A DNA stretch of 63,060 bases, the filler included, from Bigelowiella natans CCMP2755 (lineage: Eukaryota > Protista > Cercozoa): NCBI GenBank assembly GCA_000320545.1. It is 8 parts of 8 records of this genome, joined end to end, with 100 filler letters (N's around TTAATTAATTAA, not from the genome) between each part and the next. Parts side by side here need not be neighbours in the genome. Positions count along the whole stretch, not along the records: positions 58,134 to 61,515 come from ADNK01002894.1; positions 61,616 to 63,060 come from ADNK01001494.1; 6 more parts are not named here. The stretch is one strand, 5' to 3'. The translations under genes were made by a program, and so were the position numbers. Below, piece by piece: positions 60,996-63,060 of this stretch. How positions within the stretch are numbered: position 1 is the first letter of the stretch; each line of letters opens with the position of its first letter. The notes below the pieces were generated by a model. It was not told where the DNA came from, made no database searches, and worked only from the letters and a program-made list of their open reading frames with translations.

Positions 60996-61253
60996 GTAAG
61001 ATCACGCGCCGTGCGTGCCGCATGTATGCATGTATGCATGTAGCCGCCGCAGCGGCCGACTTTTGAGTCGCAATATAAACAGCGCACACGTGCTTGTGAG
61101 CGCGCCTTGTAGAGCCGCATCCCGTTTGAAAATTTAATCCATATCCGGCCGATTTGCCCTGTTATTGACTCTATGCTGTCTGTAATAATAACTATTGCGT
61201 TTTTCGTTTTTGGATACCGTTGTTTCTCTCTGAAACGCTGCGTGTTTTGTTTC

Positions 61254-61284
<31 letters not shown>

Positions 61285-61515
61285 TTTTATAGGGCCCCGG
61301 GGGAAAAATAAGTCAAACCATTGGCCAAAACTTTGGCCCCCCCCCCGAAGAAGGGGAAAAAAAATTTAAAATGAAAAAAAAAAAAAAAGAGTGGTAATTT
61401 TTTTTAACCAAAGGGTACCCGAAAAATAGTTTTCAAAAGACTGGGGGCCCCCACGGGGTGGAGTACCAAACACCACCCCCAAAAGGGGTCTCCCCCCGAA
61501 TACAAGAGAAAAGTT

Positions 61516-61615
61516 NNNNNNNNNNNNNNNNNNNNNNNNNNNNNNNNNNNNNNNNNNNNTTAATTAATTAANNNNNNNNNNNNNNNNNNNNNNNNNNNNN
61601 NNNNNNNNNNNNNNN
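61516..61615. other. Artificial contig linker
   Basis: N44-TTAATTAATTAA-N44. Confidence 0.99.
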
Positions 61616-61924
61616 GAGGGGGGGTTGGGTTTTAGGGGGGGGGCACATAATTTTTATTTTGGTTTTGGGAAAAGTTTTTGGGTTTAGATTTTAACTGGGG
61701 GGGGGGGAATCCACCCCCCCCCCCCCCCCCCCTTCCCCACGGCCTACGCAGGCATTCATTTAATGCTCGGGTGCTAGCATGTAGTTTATTTGATTGCAAC
61801 CACCAGGAAGTTGAAAAGATGTCATACCATGAATCAAACGCTCAATCTCACCGCCGCTCTTAATCTAATGATTTCGACCTGTCCCCCCCCCCCCCCCCCC
61901 CGCGCTTCTCCCCTTCTGCTAAAG

Positions 61925-62960
61925 ATCTGTGTCCGCAAGATATGGATTGGGGGCGAGATCGACGAGGCTGGAGATCAACACGGCACTGAGGGGAGAATGG
62001 GCAAAGACAGGGAGGCGAAGAGGGGAGGGGGGGAGGAGAAAGAGCCGCAAGAAGGCGTGCAGAGGACCTACTACCAGTTGGGACAATGCTCCTATAGCTT
62101 TACAAATCTCAAACGATGCGAGAACAATCGTGTAAGTCAAGCACGCAGCAGCACTAACCGCCGCGCGCGCAAAGATACATGTGTATGGCCACGTGCGAGC
62201 GAGCATCAATATATTCTGGCCTTCTGCGCGAAGTAATCGTCCTTGCTATGGTGCTCCTATGGGAACCTTTAGCGTGGGCGTCGGTAATGGTCTCATGGTA
62301 GTCGATGTGGAACGGTCTTTTTCTCTGTGCGTGCAGCAAGGGCACACGGACAGGGTGCAAGCAGTCAGGTCAGTATCCTGACGTTTATTTATTAGCATGT
62401 ATATGTATAGTGTATATATGTGTATATTATTATATACAAATAAATGATTTGCATCATGCTTTTTTATCGGGTGTCTTTGAATCTAGACCATCTGTGTTCC
62501 CGTCGGTTTCTGGCAGCTGGCATGCATGTGCGCGCAATGGCAACTCGCGCAGCATCCACCACTCGTTTGAGAGGAGAGAGTAGATTTTCTGCTGGTGATG
62601 GCGATTTAAATGCTTCCTATGACCTCAGTTTAAGCGAGGACGGGTCGTTTGCCGTGTCGGCCTCGCTCGATTCCACAGTCCGGTTATGGGGTCTGCGCTT
62701 TGCTCTCCCGGTGTTGTTAGGCTAGAATGAGAGGGGGCTCGGATTTTAGAGAGGGGCACATAATTTCTATTTTTGATTCTGGAGAAGTGTTTGTCGTTAG
62801 ATCTTTACTTGCTGCTGGTGAGATCAACCCCCCCCCCCCACACCCCTTCCCCACGGCCTACGCAGGCATTCATTTAATGCTCGGGTGCTAGCATGTAGTT
62901 TATTTGATTGCAACCACCAGGAAGTTGAAGGGAGGCTTTTCTCGGTCCTTGGGCGGCTGT
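61925..62960 (+). CDS. WD40-repeat protein fragment
   Basis: QGHTDRVQAV and YDLSLSEDGSFAVSASLDSTVRLWGL. Confidence 0.7.
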
Positions 62961-63060
62961 ATGTTGTCATTCCGATAATATTGGACTTTGTCTTCGCTCC
63001 ACGAAGAAAACAAGGCAAAATACGGCAAAGCAGCAAGGAGGGCGCTACTGACACCTCGTC

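Noticed and set aside
61250-61515. G/A/T homopolymer-rich stretch
   Set aside because: Typical degraded read tail after a poly-G run.
61636-61815. Duplication of 62752-62928
   Set aside because: The contig-edge copy is homopolymer-garbled, as at 27155; an assembly artefact.
1-63060. CRISPR arrays, rRNA, tRNA genes, alternative genetic code
   Set aside because: No repeat-spacer array or RNA gene recognised. Conserved genes splice and translate with the standard code.

Overview
Eukaryotic nuclear DNA that is intron-rich and microsatellite-rich. It consists of eight unrelated contigs joined by artificial 100-bp N44-TTAATTAATTAA-N44 linkers, so adjacency across linkers has no biological meaning. 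A ferredoxin-type sulfite reductase and signal-plus-basic (bipartite-like) leaders suggest an alga with a secondary plastid, chlorarachniophyte-like (inference only). Most ORF-track entries are shadows of spliced genes. By hand-splicing I recover two head-to-head multi-C2H2 zinc-finger genes, a VHL-beta-like secreted protein, an FGGY pentulose kinase, seipin, myosin I, a JmjC oxygenase, sulfite reductase, kinase and WD40 fragments, a Ty3/gypsy gag-protease, a MITE, a Crinkler-like nuclease remnant, an intronless HAD-like ORF and a virophage/PLV-like fragment. Two signals stand out. (1) A spliced gene at 19742-24980 fuses an organelle-type leader, a catalytically degenerate RluA pseudouridine-synthase fold and an intact toxin-type Zn deaminase (HSE...PCVSC); it is a candidate novel RNA-editing enzyme. 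(2) Intergenic and repeat tracts have had TpA erased almost everywhere except in CTAG, and aligned repeat copies show TA->TG/CA. This looks like an 'inverse-RIP' A:T->G:C hypermutation with a TAH target. Gene models are manual and unverified by transcripts.
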